DNA of 64,000 nt from Entomortierella parvispora E1425. Its lineage: Eukaryota; Fungi; Mortierellomycota. A program made the position numbers and the translations under genes. The notes beneath the pieces are model-generated. The model was not told where the DNA came from. It saw nothing but the letters and a program-made list of their open reading frames with translations, and did no database searches. The stretch spans positions 620,001-684,000 of the forward strand of contig BQFW01000002.1 of assembly GCA_020891255.1 (NCBI GenBank), read 5' to 3'. This document shows positions 10,871-24,551 of the stretch, piece by piece; the stretch's first letter is position 1; the number at the start of each line of letters is the position of its first letter.

Positions 10871-12860
10871 TCAAGTCAGGCACCAGTGCCAGATGAACCC
10901 TTGACCACCACGCGTCGTCGCCTCCATCAACGTCGAGATATCGCACATGAACGTGCTGATCGTCTTGATCTTGCCCTCGTCCATGTCCCGCTGCACTTTG
11001 GGTTCCAGCACCTCAATCGCCTCCAGGTACTTTTCGTCCCCATAGATGTACCAGGCAATATTCAAACACTTCAAATAATCCGTCATATCAAACCCCTTGA
11101 GGTTCTCCACAGGCCAACCCTGGCCATTGGACAATGCATACGGCAACATGAAATCGATCGCCTTCTTGATCGATTGACCCTGAGGTCCCACATAGTTCCA
11201 CATGTCCACGCCCAAATCATCCCCCCATCGGGCCAATGTCATCAACGCCTGAAGGTTGAACACGGAATAGTACCAGGACGTCTTGCGCTCCAGCTCCTCG
11301 GGTTGACGACCATCAGGTCGGACTTGGGGGTCGATGCGGGTATGGAGCGATGAAAGCGCCACAGCTCGAGCGTCTGCCGTGCGACCAAGGAAGAGGTAGA
11401 TACCAATGATCTGAACGTCGAAATAAGTGCCGTGGTTGTTGTTGCCGGATCGCTCCACCTGCGCCAAGGTCGAAGTCTCGAGCCAGTGAACATAACGACG
11501 GAACCACTCTTGTAGGCCGGGAATCAAATCCTTGGGCCAACTCGGCTCCTGCTTCAAGTAGTGAAGCGCATCAAAGACTCTATAAAAAAAATTTGAATTT
11601 GAAAACAATGTCAGCAAGAAATATGACCACATCTTCCCAAACTAGCACTTGGCCCCCTAACAACCCCCCACCCCCACCCCCCCCCCTCTTTCTATCGAAG
11701 AAAACTCAAAAGGATGCAATACTACCTTACCGAAAGATGGTAAACATATCCAAAACGCCGGTTCTAGCGCCCAGTCGCTCGCCCTTGCGCAAAGATCCGT
11801 AATTGATGTTTGGGTTCATGTACGTGGCCTCGTCCAGGAACCACTCCTTCAACCGCATGGCGGCCTTGTCCGCAAAGTCCTTCCGACCAGTGAAATGATA
11901 GGCCATGCCCATCACATGGACCTCTCGGATCATAGTCCGCAGCAGTCGATAGTCCCGCACAGTCTCAATCTCTGGGTTGACCTGTCCATCGATCCGTTTG
12001 TAAGGCAACCCCTTGGGCTTGTTCTTGTTGGGCCAATAATACTTTGACAGGGACAGATAATCATGAATGTCATTCGAGGGAGCTGTCTGATCCTTGTTTG
12101 TCACAGAATACACTTCGGTCGAACGCAGGGCCAATTCTGCCTCCTTCACCATCAACGCAATCGCATAGTCCCGCTCACGACGGGTCGAACTCAACATCTG
12201 GGCATAGGTCACCGGGGATGCCTTCCGGGCCAGAGTCGCTGCCTGGAGCTCTGGCCATTCCTCGATGGAGTCGCCGAGCTCCAGAGTCGCATTGCCCTCG
12301 TCATCTGTCATGGGGGAGTCACCCATATATTTGCTGTTGCCCTCGCTGTCGCCATCGATATTGCTGCCTTCGTTGTTCACAGCCCTGTCGGGTCCTGGTG
12401 GGGCACCATTCAAGGGCTCAAGTTGAATCGCCGGTGCTTGTTGTCGTCCTGGTTGATTGGGAGCTTGTTGAGCAGGTACAGGGCCTAGTGGTCTTTCTTG
12501 ATGTTCCTGCATGCCCTGTTGTCTATCACCGACTGCAGCTCCACCACCTACAGGTGGTCCTGGTATCTGGATACCCTCATAAGGATCCCGTTCTTCATGT
12601 TTGACCACTGGGAATCCACTTCGACTCCCCCCTGCGCGAGCATCTTCTGGACCAAGGATAGTCGAAATGATGATGTAGACAAATAAAAGCCCTCCTGAAT
12701 AGAGAATGACCTTTCGTAATGTGATCCGACTGATGACGGAGCCTGGGCTGGAGGGAGAACCGATCCCGCCAGAGAGAGGCTTGTCCTTGAACTGTGGACC
12801 TGTCGTATTGCTGGTGTTGTGCGATGGTAGCACCGACCCAGAGCTTGGTCGCATGGCCAT
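10871..12860 (-). CDS. Polysaccharide lyase with alginate_lyase (PF05426)-type domain, PL38-like, N-terminal TM anchor
   Basis: Two exons with one intron at approx 11580-11730. Motifs HDYLSLSKYYWP..GLPYKRIDGQVNPE, WFLDEATYMNPN, NNHGTYFDVQ, QPEELERKTSWYYSVFNLQAL. Single TM near the N-terminus followed by a low-complexity stem. Confidence 0.88.
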
Positions 12861-13345
12861 ATGGTATCTTCTTTTTTTTCTTTATATCCGTGCTCTTTTT
12901 TTTTGATTGGGTCGAAAGATGAGGAAACAAGACTCGCAAGAGGTGAAAAGAGGAAAAGGGAGAAGAAGTAGATGGAGTGAAAGAGAAGAAAGAGAGGGAA
13001 AGTCTGAGAGAGAACAAAAAAAAAGGGATAACATGGACGCAGTCCTCAAAAAAAGGGAGACGGTATGAATGTGCAAACGAATGCGCAAACAAGACAGGGG
13101 CAAAGGTGTCATCAACTAAAACCTTGCACTCCTGGTCCTGTCAGCCACCATCGCCACAGCAAGCACCTTTTGGACTACGCACAGACAAAGAAATTCTCGA
13201 TCTTTGAAATAAGAATGCTCCATCGCTGCACATTGCTTCAACAACTAGTTTTCTTATTCCTTTTATTCATTTATTCTTTTTTTCACGATGATCAGGCTTT
13301 TGGTCCTGGGTATAAATTGTTTGTTAAAACCAACTCTTTAGTTCC

Positions 13346-15924
13346 TTAGTCTCTCCACTCAACATCCATGGCAGTAGCAATGAACGAGAACTGGTCAGTG
13401 ATCTCAGCAATGCGCTTGTCAATGGGCTTGCCGGCACCATGTCCAGCCTTGGTGTCGACACGGATCAACAAGGGGCTGTTGGTCAAAGGTCCAGCAGTGT
13501 GCTGCAACTCGGCAATGTACTTGTACGAGTGCAATGGCACAACACGGTCATCGTGGCTCGAGGTGAATAAGGCAACAGGGGGGTAAGGGTGGGAAGTCGA
13601 CACGTTGTGCAAGGGAGAGTAACGGCGCAAGTTCTCAAAATCTTCCTTGTTCTCGTCGGGCTTTCCGAAATCCGATTGCCAGGCGTGGCCGATGGTGAAC
13701 TTGTGGAAGCGAAGCATGTCCATCACTCCAACGCTGGCGACAGCTGCTCCAAAGAGCTCGGGTGCCTGGTTGACACAGGCTCCGACCAACAATCCTCCGT
13801 TAGATCCTCCGTGGATGGAGATACGACCAGCACGGGTGTACTTCTCCTTGATGAGGTGCTTGGCGGCGTACTGGAAGTCATCAAAGACGTTCTGCTTGTT
13901 CAACAACATGCCGGCCTTGTGCCACTCCTCTCCGTACTCTCCACCTCCACGCAAGTTGACAAAGACGCTGACACCTCCGAGGTTCTGCATGAAAACGATG
14001 GCAGAAGGAACGTACGAAGCCTGGATGGGGATCGAGAATCCACCATATCCGTAGAGGTACACGGGGTTGTTGCCATCGAGAACGAGACCCTTCTTGTGGG
14101 AGACGAACATGGGGATCTTGGTACCGTCCTTGGACTCGTAGAAGACCTGCTTGACTTCGAACAATTCAGGGTCAAAGTTGGTGACCTTGGAACTCTTAAA
14201 AATAGAAAGGTTCTTTGACTTGTCCTCAGTGGTGAAGTTGTAACGGTAGATGGTCGAGGGGTTGAGGAATGAGGTGAACGAGAAGAAGATCTCCTCGTCG
14301 ACACGGCGACCGGCAACGGTACCAATGGTACCAATTGGGATGGGGATCTCGTTCAAGAACTTGCCAGACTTCAAGTCATGGACGAGCAACACGGACTTGA
14401 CATCGTGCATGTACTCCATGATCAGCTTGTCCTCGTTGACAACCAAAGAGGAGTTAAGCACGTCCTCAGACTGGGGAACGATGTCAACAAAGCCCTCCTC
14501 GGGCTTGGACAAGTCGTAGCGGACAACCTTGTAACGGGGAGCATCCTTGTTGGTCTGGAAGTAGAACACCGTGCCGTCGTTGGTCAAGCTGATAATTGTG
14601 AAAAGAATACAATGATCAATAAAAGGTCGAATGATAAGCACGCACTGGTGGGCCGTCTGGTGAGAAAAAACTTACTAGCTGTAGAGAGCATCAAAGTTGT
14701 CGACGACCTTGGTCAAAGGAAGATCGTTGGTGATGACATTGCCAGCCTGCTCCAGATCGACAATGAACAGCTTGTTGACTGGATCACAATCAGCCGAGAT
14801 GGTGAGGAGGATATACTTTCCATCATCCGAAACGTTGGCAGAGGGGCTGTGGGTGGGGTTGGCGGTGTCGAGGTAGACAAGAACATCCTCTGACTGGGGG
14901 GTACCGATCTTGTGGTAGAAACTAAGCCCACGAACACGAACATGAGAACAACACAAAAAAAAAAAAAAAAAAAAAATCCATGCCAAGTTAGGAATCGATA
15001 AACGCCCAACCTCCAAATTCATTTGCCGATCGCATGAAATAGCTTCTGACACACTTACAGGCGCTTGTTGATGTTGGTGCCGGTCTCTGTTCCTGCCTTG
15101 CCCTTCTCGACATTGGGCTTTTCGTAGCTCTAATAGTGATGATTGCCGAAATCACAAACACGATCGTGAGTAAAAAAAAAATCGACAAGTCTTTTCCCCC
15201 CTGAATCACCATTCATTTTCCTTCTACTTACACCATAGAAGAATCCCTTGTCGTCATGGGTGAAGGATACGCTGGTGAACTTGGCCCACTCGATCACATC
15301 CTCCAACTTGTTGCCCTGGTTGTCCTGCAAGTAGATCGTGACCCAGTCTGATCCAGAGCGCGAGATACCGTAGGCGTACAACTTGCCGCTCTTTGAGAAC
15401 TTGTGCGTGGTCAAAGCTGCGGTACCATCAGCCTCCAAGGTGTTGGGATCCAAGAAGACACGGGGTTCAGAGATGAGGGTATCCTGCTGGTACAACACAT
15501 TCTGGGCCTGAAGACCAGAGTTGCGGAAAAAGTAGTAGTAATCGCCGCGCTTGAAGGGAGTCATGATGCGCTCGTGGTTGTATAACTCGGTCAAGCTGAG
15601 AAACAAAAACATAGCCAGTAAAACAGGTATTAGTCGGTCTGATTCTGGCTCATTTAAATAAGAAAAGAATCCATCTTTCAAAAGAAATTGATTTTACCGT
15701 TCGTTGAACTTTTGGCGACCCTCAAACTTGTTGAGGTAGGTGGCGGCCAAGGCGTTCTGGGCATCGACATAGGCCTTGGTCTCCTCAGCCTCGGGATCCT
15801 CGAGCCAACGGTAAGGATCGGCGACAGTAACGCCGTGGATGGTCTCGGTCACATCGGAACGAGGCGCGGCAGGGTACACAAAGTGACCGTCCTTGGAGGC
15901 GAGCTTGGTGGCAGCGTTGACCAT
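13346..15924 (-). CDS. PREP: Prolyl oligopeptidase (S9A), intact copy 1
   Basis: Start MVNAATK at 15924, VADPYRWLED, beta-propeller region, catalytic GGSNGG, DDRV and KAGHG triad motifs, spliced. Confidence 0.96.
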
Positions 15925-16722
15925 TCTGAACTGAACAAAGAGAGATGGAGGTGGTGGTTGTCGAGCGAAGAGGGGTGCAGAGACGAGACGTGAAAACTGG
16001 ACGGCGGGTCGAATACGAAGAGCTTGTTGAAACAGATTGAAGGGAACCGAGGAGAGAGGAAGGGAAACAAGGGAGGATGAGGGGAACGGCGAGGGTCCCC
16101 TTTTATAGTGCACAGCGCACATCGCACATCGTGACCCAAGGTTGTTCCTTGTCGTTCTTTCATTCGTGGGAAACCGTGGGAGGAGCAGTCGGCTAAAAGA
16201 AGATTTGAGCAATCACAGCAAGGACCTGTTCCCAGCACATTGCGAGTTGTACTCTTGGCAGTCGTGATTGGGGCGAGGTTGTCGTGATGTCTTTGCCCGT
16301 TGAGAGCACCTCATCTTTCGACTCAACACCCGCCCCATTTTGCCGCTTTTGGACTCGATGGGACGCGTGGGTCTTGCACTTTTTTTTTTCTCAATCCCAG
16401 CCTGGCTGGAGGTTGTGTTCGGCAGTGCCTCCCTTAACGGAGTTATAAAGACACCACCCTCTTCGTTGGCCCTTCGTTTATTTGTCAAGATCCCCTTCTA
16501 CTTCGCAATTGCGCTGCAAATATGAACAACTGGACACAAAGGCATGCCTTCTATCGTCCTCGCTTCACGTCCCGTCCGTGCTCACCACCACACGATGGGC
16601 GTTTTAAAACATCACGAGAAAAAAAAGTTCAGGACAATCTACTACGCCACTTCAAAGGTGCAATGAGTTTGCATTTAATGAGAAAAGAGCTAGATATCAA
16701 AACAACTCCTCTCAGTCATAGT

Positions 16723-19234
16723 TTATTCCCTCCATTCAATGTCCAATGCGATAGAAATGAACGAGAACTGGTCAGTGATCTCAGCAATGCGCTTGTCAAT
16801 GAGCTTGCCGGCACCATGTCCAGCCTTGGTGTCGACACGGATCAACAAGGGGCTGTTGGTCAAAGGTCCAGCAGTGTGCTGCAACTCGGCAATGTACTTG
16901 TACGAGTGCAATGGCACAACACGGTCATCGTGGCTCGAGGTGAATAAGGCAACAGGGGGGTAAGGGTGGGAAGTCGACACGTTGTGCAAGGGAGAGTAAC
17001 GGCGCAAGTTCTCAAAATCTTCCTTGTTCTCGTCGGGCTTTCCGAAATCCGATTGCCAGGCGTGGCCGATGGTGAACTTGTGGAAGCGAAGCATGTCCAT
17101 CACTCCAACGCTGGCGACAGCTGCTCCAAAGAGCTCGGGTGCCTGGCTGACACAGGCTCCGACCAACAGTCCTCCGTTAGATCTCCATGGATGGAGATAC
17201 GAGCAGCACGGGTGTACTTCTCCTTGATGAGGTGCTTGGCGGCGTACTGGAAGTCATCAAAGACGTTCTGCTTGTTCAACAACATGCCGGCCTTGTGCCA
17301 CTCTCTCCGTACTCTCCACCCCCGCGCAAGTTGACGTAGGCAATGATACCGTAAAAATTTTAAAATTTTGCATATAGACAATGTCGGATGGAAAATAGGA
17401 AGATTGAACGGGGATCGAGAATCCACCATATCCGTAGAGGAACACGGGCCGGTTGCCATCAATGACAAGAACTTTCTTGTGGGCGACAAACATGGGGATT
17501 TGGGTGCCGTCTTTCGACTCGTAAAAGACCTGCTTGACCACAAACAAGTCTGGGTCAAAATTGGTAACCGTTACTCTCTTGAAGACAGAAAGGCGTTGCT
17601 CCTCATCCTTGACAGTGAAGCTGTAACAGTAGATGGTCGAAGCATCCAGAAAAGAGGTGAACAAGAAGAAAATCTCGTCATCAGAACGACGACCGGCAGC
17701 AGTGCCAATGGTACCAATTGGGATGGGGATCTCGTTCAAGAACTTGCCAGACTTCAAGTCATGGACGAGCAAGACGGACTTGACATCGTGCATGTACTCC
17801 AAGACTACTTGTCCTCGTTGACAACCAAGGAGGAGCTGAGCACATCCTCAGTCTGAGGAACAACATCGACAAAGCCTTCTTCGGGCCTGGATAAGTCGTA
17901 GCGGATAATCTTGTAACGAGGAGCATCCTTGTTGCTGTGGAAGTAGAATGCAGTACCGTCGTTGGTCAAACTAAAAAAAAAAAAGGGTTAACAAGGGAAA
18001 ATGAGGGTACATGTCGATCATTCATCAAGTTGTACGTTGGCTGTTTCGGCTGTCATTGAACTTGCAAGCTGTAGAGAGCATCAGAGTCCTTGGTCATAGG
18101 AAGATCGTTGGTGATGACATTGCCAGCCTGCTCCAGATCAACAATGAACAGCTTGTTGGCTGGTTCACAGCCAGCAGAGACGGTGACGAGGATATACTTT
18201 CCATCATCCGAAATGTTGGCAGAGGGGCTGCAAGTGGGGTTGGCGATGTCGAGGTAGACGAGAGCATCCTCTGACTGAGAGGTACCAATCTTGTGGTAAA
18301 GACTACTCAATAGAAGGTTGGGAGAGAGCTCAGCTTCAAGTTTTCAATATATTCCTCACAAAACAGATCAGTACTCGATCCGCTTGTTAATGTTGACTTC
18401 GGTCTATGCTCCTTCCTTTCCCTCCTCGACATTGGGCTTTTCATATCCCTATTGTTCGCATGCACGGAAAGTCGCTTGTCAACCTCAATTCTGATCTACC
18501 ACAATCACATTCTCAATTTTTTTCTTCCAAGTTCTTACTCCATAGAAGAATCCCTTGTCATCGTGGGTGAATGACAGGTTCGTAAACTTGGCCCATTGGA
18601 TCACATCCTCCAGCTTGTTCCCCTGGCTGTCCTGCAAATAGATCGTAACCCAATCTGGTCCAGCCAGGGAAATACCATAGGCGAAGAACTTTCCACTCTT
18701 TGAGAACTGGATTGTATTCAAAGCGGCGGTACCATCGGCCTCCAAGGTGTTGGGATTCAAGAAGACACGGGGCTCAGAGGTGAGTGTATCCTGCTGGTAC
18801 AACACATCCTGGGCCTGGAGGCCAGAATTGTGGAAATAGTAATAGTAATCGCCAGCTCTCTCGGGCGTCTGGAAACGCTCGTGGTCCTACAACTCGGTCA
18901 AGCTAAAACGACAGAATTGATCCTTGTTAGAATGGATAGGTCGCTGTCCGTTTCCCACAATGAGAAGCATGGAATGGAGCATTTACCGCGCATTAAGATT
19001 TGGGCGGCCCTCGAATTTGCTGAGGTATGTGGCGGACAAAGCGTTCTGGGCGTCGACATAGGCTTTGGTCTCTTCAGCTTCAGGGTCCTCGAGCCAGCGG
19101 TAAGGATCGGCGACCGTGATGCCATGAGTGGTCTCAGTCACATCTGAACGAGGCGCGGCAGGGTACACAAAGTGACCGTTCTTGGAGGCGAGTTGAGCAG
19201 CAGCGTTGACCAGTGTATGATGAGTAGAGGACAA
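16723..19234 (-). pseudogene. PREP: Tandem prolyl oligopeptidase copy 2, disrupted
   Basis: Same exon layout as copy 1. The cognate ATG reads CTG (an upstream in-frame ATG exists at 19234). In-frame TAG at 18887-18889 where copy 1 has TAC. Single-base deletions at approx 17803, 17303 and 17183 (inside GGSNGG), and an 8-bp duplication at 17354-17369. Confidence 0.88.
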
Positions 19235-19763
19235 GGGTGTTTGAACACGAAGAGAAAGGGGGATGGGATGAGGGACAATCAGATGCCTCGTCTTTTATAT
19301 GCTCTGGTCCAAACCGGTTTGCTCTCTTTTTGCGTGATGGGAAGTGCTCACATCCTAGGTAAGACCAATCGTTCCTTCTCGTTGTCATGAAGCCAGGGCA
19401 GCCACCCACGCTGTTGGAACTGCGGGAGACTCAGTAACGAGGGCGAAGGCTGGTCCCCGATAAACTGTGGACAGCACCATCCACCGCATCCGTTTAAACT
19501 CCTAGATCCTTTTGTTCCTCGTTTGGGCTCGATCTACAAATGTGCTCAAGTTTGTGATCAAAGCGGTACTCCTTCCTGTTTGTTATGGAGACACCCCTCG
19601 GATTCCTGCGGTAGTTAACGCCCTTTTCTTTGACACTCTCTCGTAGATCGGATAAGGGGTTGACATCAGCTGTGTTTTATTTTGTCTGCTCTGGTCTTGG
19701 TTGCTCGCAAAAAAAAAACTACAAATCCCGGGCTATCCTTGACACCCGTAAGCCCTAGAATAT

Positions 19764-21105
<1,342 letters not shown>

Positions 21106-21530
21106 GGTTTATATAAGATATCGGATGCAGAGAAAGATGAGAAGGGAAGAGTGAAGTTGGACACGAAAGAAAGAACGAAAAGAAGGGTCTGGGCAACGAC
21201 AGAACAACACAACACACCGGGTCGTGCCCAGGCAAGGTGTGGTTAGCACGAAAAAAAAGCCCAACCAACCGAGCAAAACCGGATTCCATCGAAGCGCGTG
21301 TCGCGAGGGTGCAAGCTTAAGGGTTTTCGAAGTGGTTTCTCTGTCAAGCCTGGTGGAAGTCCATTCTGCAGGTCAGGTCGAGGGTCGTATTACATGGGTG
21401 GTTTTTGACTTCAAGGGCAAGTAAGAAGGCACAAGACAGAGAACGCCATGGTAATAAAAGTACTGTACATTTTTTGAGGAGTGGGGTAGGAAAGGTAGGT
21501 GGGATCTATTTGAAAGTCAGGCAGCCAGTG

Positions 21531-23509
21531 TTATTCTTGCGACAACATGTGCAGCACCACAATGTCGCCCTTGCTGGTGCCAATCACGATCACATCCTCA
21601 TCTACATCCATGAACGACGGTTTGAGGCCACAGCCTTCTAAATAGTGCGAGACTCCGTCTACTGGACTGGTCAACACTATCCCCGTATCCTCGCAAGCCT
21701 CGTCAAGGCTGATGGCCTCCGTTGTAGCAGCCTCCTGTTGCGGTCCTCCCGATGACTGTGGCAGCCTGTCCTGGATCAATCGCTCTCGTTCTTGCTCCAG
21801 ATATCGATCTCGGCGGTATGCAGTCGGGCACACGCGAATGGTGTCGTTCAGTGAAGGCCGATCTGCGTTTGTGGTCAGGACATGTGGATGTTTTCCTCCA
21901 ATGGCGATGGATGTGATAGTTGAGATAGGCGGTACTTTAGTCTTGTGGATATAGGGTGCTTTGTTCAAGTTGGGCGGCAGCTCAAAGCGGGTATCAACGT
22001 CGAGACGTTTGTGAGGTGATTTGCGAAGTGGCTCCCATTCCAGATGCAACAGGTGGTTGTCAGCAAGTAAGATCAAAGATCGGATATGAAAGACGCTGCA
22101 GTACGTACGGAGCGTTTCCGGAACTGGCAGTTTACAGGTCATCAGGATCTCCATCGAGTCCAAGGATACTACACGAATGGAGTTGCTGGTAGCCACTACC
22201 AGTGTGTTGTTTTGAATATAGATGTCCTTTAACTGTCAAGGAGAAAACGAGTTCTCAGCGTGATTAGTATGGCTGATCTATTTTTCATCCAAGGATCCGT
22301 CTTCACTTACTGTTTCGTTTCCTAAGGATGCGGCGCTCCGAAGCAACTCCCCTGTCATGAAATTCACGATTCGAATCTCACAGTCGCGCTCACCAAAGAC
22401 AAGATAGTTGTCGTCCATAGTCATACATACTACATCCGATGCAGTGCAACTATGAATGATCGTTTTCTTCCGTAGATCCCAAATGCGGCAAATGCTATGA
22501 GGACAACAATGAGGGCAATATTGTGAGTGACCTTAGCTCTTCAACCAAAAAGCTCTTTCTTCGCCCCCCAAACTTTCCCCGCTCCGCACGTGTCAGACTC
22601 TTCCATGGGGCTCTTTGGTATATCTGCTGCATGACGGCATTGGCATCCTGCTGCGAGGCCCGCCCCACAAAGGCCATTCGTATCCGTTGCAACCCAATTG
22701 TCTTGAGCAGAGACGTAAAAAAAAAGACAGTAGAGCATACCTAGTTCTTGATATGACAGTCATGACCATGGCAGCGGGACTGAAGTCAAGGAGCATGATC
22801 GGGCCATTGGACGCCTCAATGAGATCAAGACAGGCGTATGTGGTCGTATCCCAGATGGCAACACAACCAAACATATCTCCACTGAGTAGCATTCCTGGCT
22901 TAATCCGCAGCCGCGCGATTCCTCCTCGATGAACCGAAAGGGTCATCAATGACTGAATCTGACCCTTTGCCCAATTGCGGTCTGAGATCACTCTAGTCTT
23001 GCACTCTTGTTTCCAATCTCGCTCTGTTGCCACCATTGTTACTGATGTGTTTGTCGACTCGAAAGTGTCGTCTCCTTCCTCATCAATGTCCATGGAGGGC
23101 GTAGGCACAAATGTCGGCACCATGATGGGCAAAAAATCGGTTGTTGGGATAGCAAAAGGGCGCTCGTGCTCCAAGAAGATATTTTTCCATACGGATTGGT
23201 CCACTGTGATCCAATACCATTGTCGAGAGACCTACAAGCACAATAGCAAGGGTAGCAGAGGTAAGTCAATACAGGCTCCATACATGCAATGACATGCATA
23301 CGCCTACAGGTTAATGAGAAGACAAATGACCCTCTCATTGGAACTGCATTGTTGGGCGCAGCGCAGCTTCAATTTTTTTTTTCATTCATTACGAGTTGGC
23401 AAGTGGCGACATCGCTAATGTCGAGTTTGGCCAGGATTTGCAATGCAATCTCGGGAGGGACCCGGGAAAGGATATCCATGCGGGGGGTCCTGTTGTCTGC
23501 ACTGCTCAT
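21531..23509 (-). CDS. F-box/WD40-repeat protein
   Basis: N-terminal F-box (LSRVPPEIALQILAKLDISDVATCQLV), NWAKG..HRGGIARLRI..LLSGDMFGCVAIWD WD repeats, C-terminal VIVIGTSKGDIVVL. Multi-exon. Confidence 0.82.
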
Positions 23510-24551
23510 GAGGGGTGGGAGAGGGGAAGTAAGTGAGGGGAGAAGAAGGTGATATGAAGGAAGGAAGGAAGGAAAAAATGTGGAGGGAAGAACGGTCAAT
23601 CCAGTCAAAAATGATTGCAAATGAGTCGGTTGTGCTTTTGTTTGGCCGTGCTTTCTTTCTTGGGGACAGGGAGGGGCTGCTATTGTTTGCTTGCGCATGT
23701 ACGCTTTGTGCACACTGGTGACGATGCAGATGATCCAGCCTTGCTGCTCCCCCCTCTTTGTGCCTTTGTGTCTCCTTGCCAGCATGATATCGAGTCTGTT
23801 TGTGTCTACGGCTGGGACGGGCAACTACGAGAGCACGGCGTATCATCAGTCATCTTTCTTCCCCTTTTTGCACTCCTTCACCTGCATGGTCTGTGTGTCT
23901 TGTCCTTTGTTCACTTTCAGGCCGCTGCTCTGGAGCGAATAGAACTAGAGCGACACCTGAAAAGAGAGACCACCAGTGAACTTCTGAAGGACCCGACCCG
24001 AGGGCCGTCAGCCATGCAGGAAATTATCCTGCTGAGAGCACATCCTCTGATCCGCGGCCATAAGCTAGGCGTCTAGCGGGAAAAGTCAACTATCCTCAAA
24101 GTATACGGTAGGCATCGAGACAATGCTAAGGGCAGATGAAGGATGGGAGGAAACACCAGCACCCACAGCAGCAGGAGCAGGGGACAAGACTTCAGCTCAA
24201 TGGTGGAAGTGAATGGATAGTGGGATAGTTTGTTCGAGGCAGAGCGTTGGTCAATCCTGCAAAGAGGCAGAGAGACCAAAGGGCAGCAAAGACGACAGAT
24301 GAAAAGGCACGCAGTTGCCACCAACTTGGCGCGTCTAAACGCGATCATTTCAGCCCCGACAACAACAACTCAAAGAACAATAATAACACCACATGCATTG
24401 CATGTGTGTCTCCTCGCATTTACTTCTCGAATCCACATCTTTCTTTTCTCCCCTCCTCCTTCCCCTCCTTTTTTCTACCTCTTCTCTTAATCGCACTTCA
24501 TTGACTTGCAGCATTGACTACATCACACCTCATTTCTCACGCACAAGTAAA

